In this document: one piece after another, positions 63,189 through 64,000 of the stretch
Layout: each line of letters starts with the position of its first letter
Position numbering within the stretch: the first letter of the stretch is position 1
Assembly (NCBI GenBank): GCA_000388065.2
Contig: KB932202.1
Reading direction: 5' to 3' (one strand)
DNA: 64,000 nucleotides
Source: Fonticula alba ATCC 38817
Lineage: Eukaryota > Protista > Nucleariida
Position numbers and translations under genes: made by a program
The notes under the pieces: model-generated
What the model was told of the DNA's origin: nothing
The model's input: only the letters and a program-made list of their open reading frames with translations
Database searches by the model: none

Positions 63189-63972
63189 CACCTCGGGCTG
63201 CTTTTCGCCGGTGCCGCTCGCAACCCCTCACGCTGACACGCCCCCCCCCCCCGCCGCGCCCCTGGCCAGGCGCTACCTCTCCTCCACCATGAGCGTGGTC
63301 GTGGCCAATGAGGGGCTCATCGACAAGTTCATGACCGACGCGCTGATGGCCTTCTGGAATGCCCCGGAGCCGTATCCCTACCCGGATGGGCATGCGGCGG
63401 CCGCCTGCCGCGCCGCCCTCGAGGCCCTGAGCAAGATGGAGGCCGCCCGGGCCGACTGGGCGCTGGCCGGCCTGCCGCATGTGCAGGCGCGCTTCGGCCT
63501 GCACACCGGCATCTGCCTGGTGGGCAATCTCGGCTCGCGGAATCGGCTGAGCTTCACATGCATCGGGGACAATGTGAATCTGGCGTCCCGGCTGGAGGGC
63601 CTCAACCGGGTGTACGGCACATCCATCGTCCTGTCCGGGGCCACTCGGGCCCAAGTGCAGGGGTCCTTCGTGACTCGGGTGCTGGATAATGTCACGGTCA
63701 AGGGCAAGGCCCAGCCGGTGACCGTGTGCGAGCTGATCGGCCACAATGACGTGGTCAGTGCCAATGTGGCGGCCAGCATGCGCTCCTTCGACCAGGCCCT
63801 TCAGCTGATGACCCAGCGGCGCTTCGCCCAGGCGGCCGTCTTGCTGGAGGCCTTCCAGGCCCAGTACCCGGGGGATTTGGCCTGCCAGGAGCACCTGGCC
63901 CTGGCCCGGCGCCTGGCCGCCGACCCGCCCCCCGACGAGTGGGTCTTCCTCCGGAAGATGGACACCAAGTAG
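55919..63972 (+). CDS. Receptor-type class III adenylate cyclase (long disordered N-terminus, TM, dCache-like sensor, TM, HAMP-like linker, cyclase; ~2128 aa)
   Basis: Exons 55919-58408, 58668-60022, 60110-60338, 60556-60810, 60930-61001, 61179-61596, 61842-62062, 62171-62358, 62497-62753, 62937-63135, 63270-63972; total 6387 nt, in frame. TM1 IAAVVIWVNALLITIGVAVIVTVALV. Cache motifs YDPRTRSWFQA|...WSDIY and LLLLDAKGFLV. TM2 IVSVVAVLLLLLSVFLSILL. Catalytic motifs VMFSDIANF, IDKFMTDALMAFW, FGLHTG...GNLGS, FTCIGDNVNLASRLEG, VKGK. Confidence 0.88.
57284..57332 (+). repeat. (TCC)n polyserine tract in the cyclase N-terminus
   Basis: Read directly from the sequence. Confidence 0.9.
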
Positions 63973-64000
63973 CGAAGTGCCGCCTCGGTGGCGTCCCCGT

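Noticed and set aside
1-64000. RasGEF and adenylate cyclase as a clustered Ras-cAMP module
   Set aside because: They are 50 kb apart with ten unrelated housekeeping genes between, and the cyclase lacks the RA/LRR domains of Ras-activated Cyr1.

Overview
This is GC-rich, intron-dense eukaryotic genomic DNA. It is not prokaryotic, and I see no CRISPR array, rRNA, tRNA or mobile element. Gene content is opisthokont-like, and style and content would fit a Fonticula/nucleariid-type draft genome (inference, unverified). Manual GT-AG splicing with phase bookkeeping resolves 12 protein-coding genes, in order: a Cdc25-type RasGEF (5'-truncated), kanadaptin (FHA), an uncharacterised ~2132-aa TPR protein with an SQ cluster (possibly Tonsoku-like), VPS18, a coactosin-like ADF-H protein, ZNHIT2, eIF4A, UTP20, TRMT10, LSM5, FEN1, and a ~2128-aa receptor adenylate cyclase of bacterial type (TM-dCache-TM-HAMP-class III AC). 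Most long ORFs in the supplied track are antisense shadows or intron read-throughs. The main leads are: the sensor adenylate cyclase; the 10-exon TPR/SQ gene that the ORF track shows only as fragments; a 5' splice-site consensus with C at +4 in about 60 of 65 modelled introns and no GTRAGT; and an eIF4A start codon apparently split by an intron. Assembly artefacts mimic biology: two Illumina adapter insertions with flanking duplications in UTP20, two 95-nt duplications around 10-N gaps in the RasGEF, and a 1-nt homopolymer frameshift in eIF4A.
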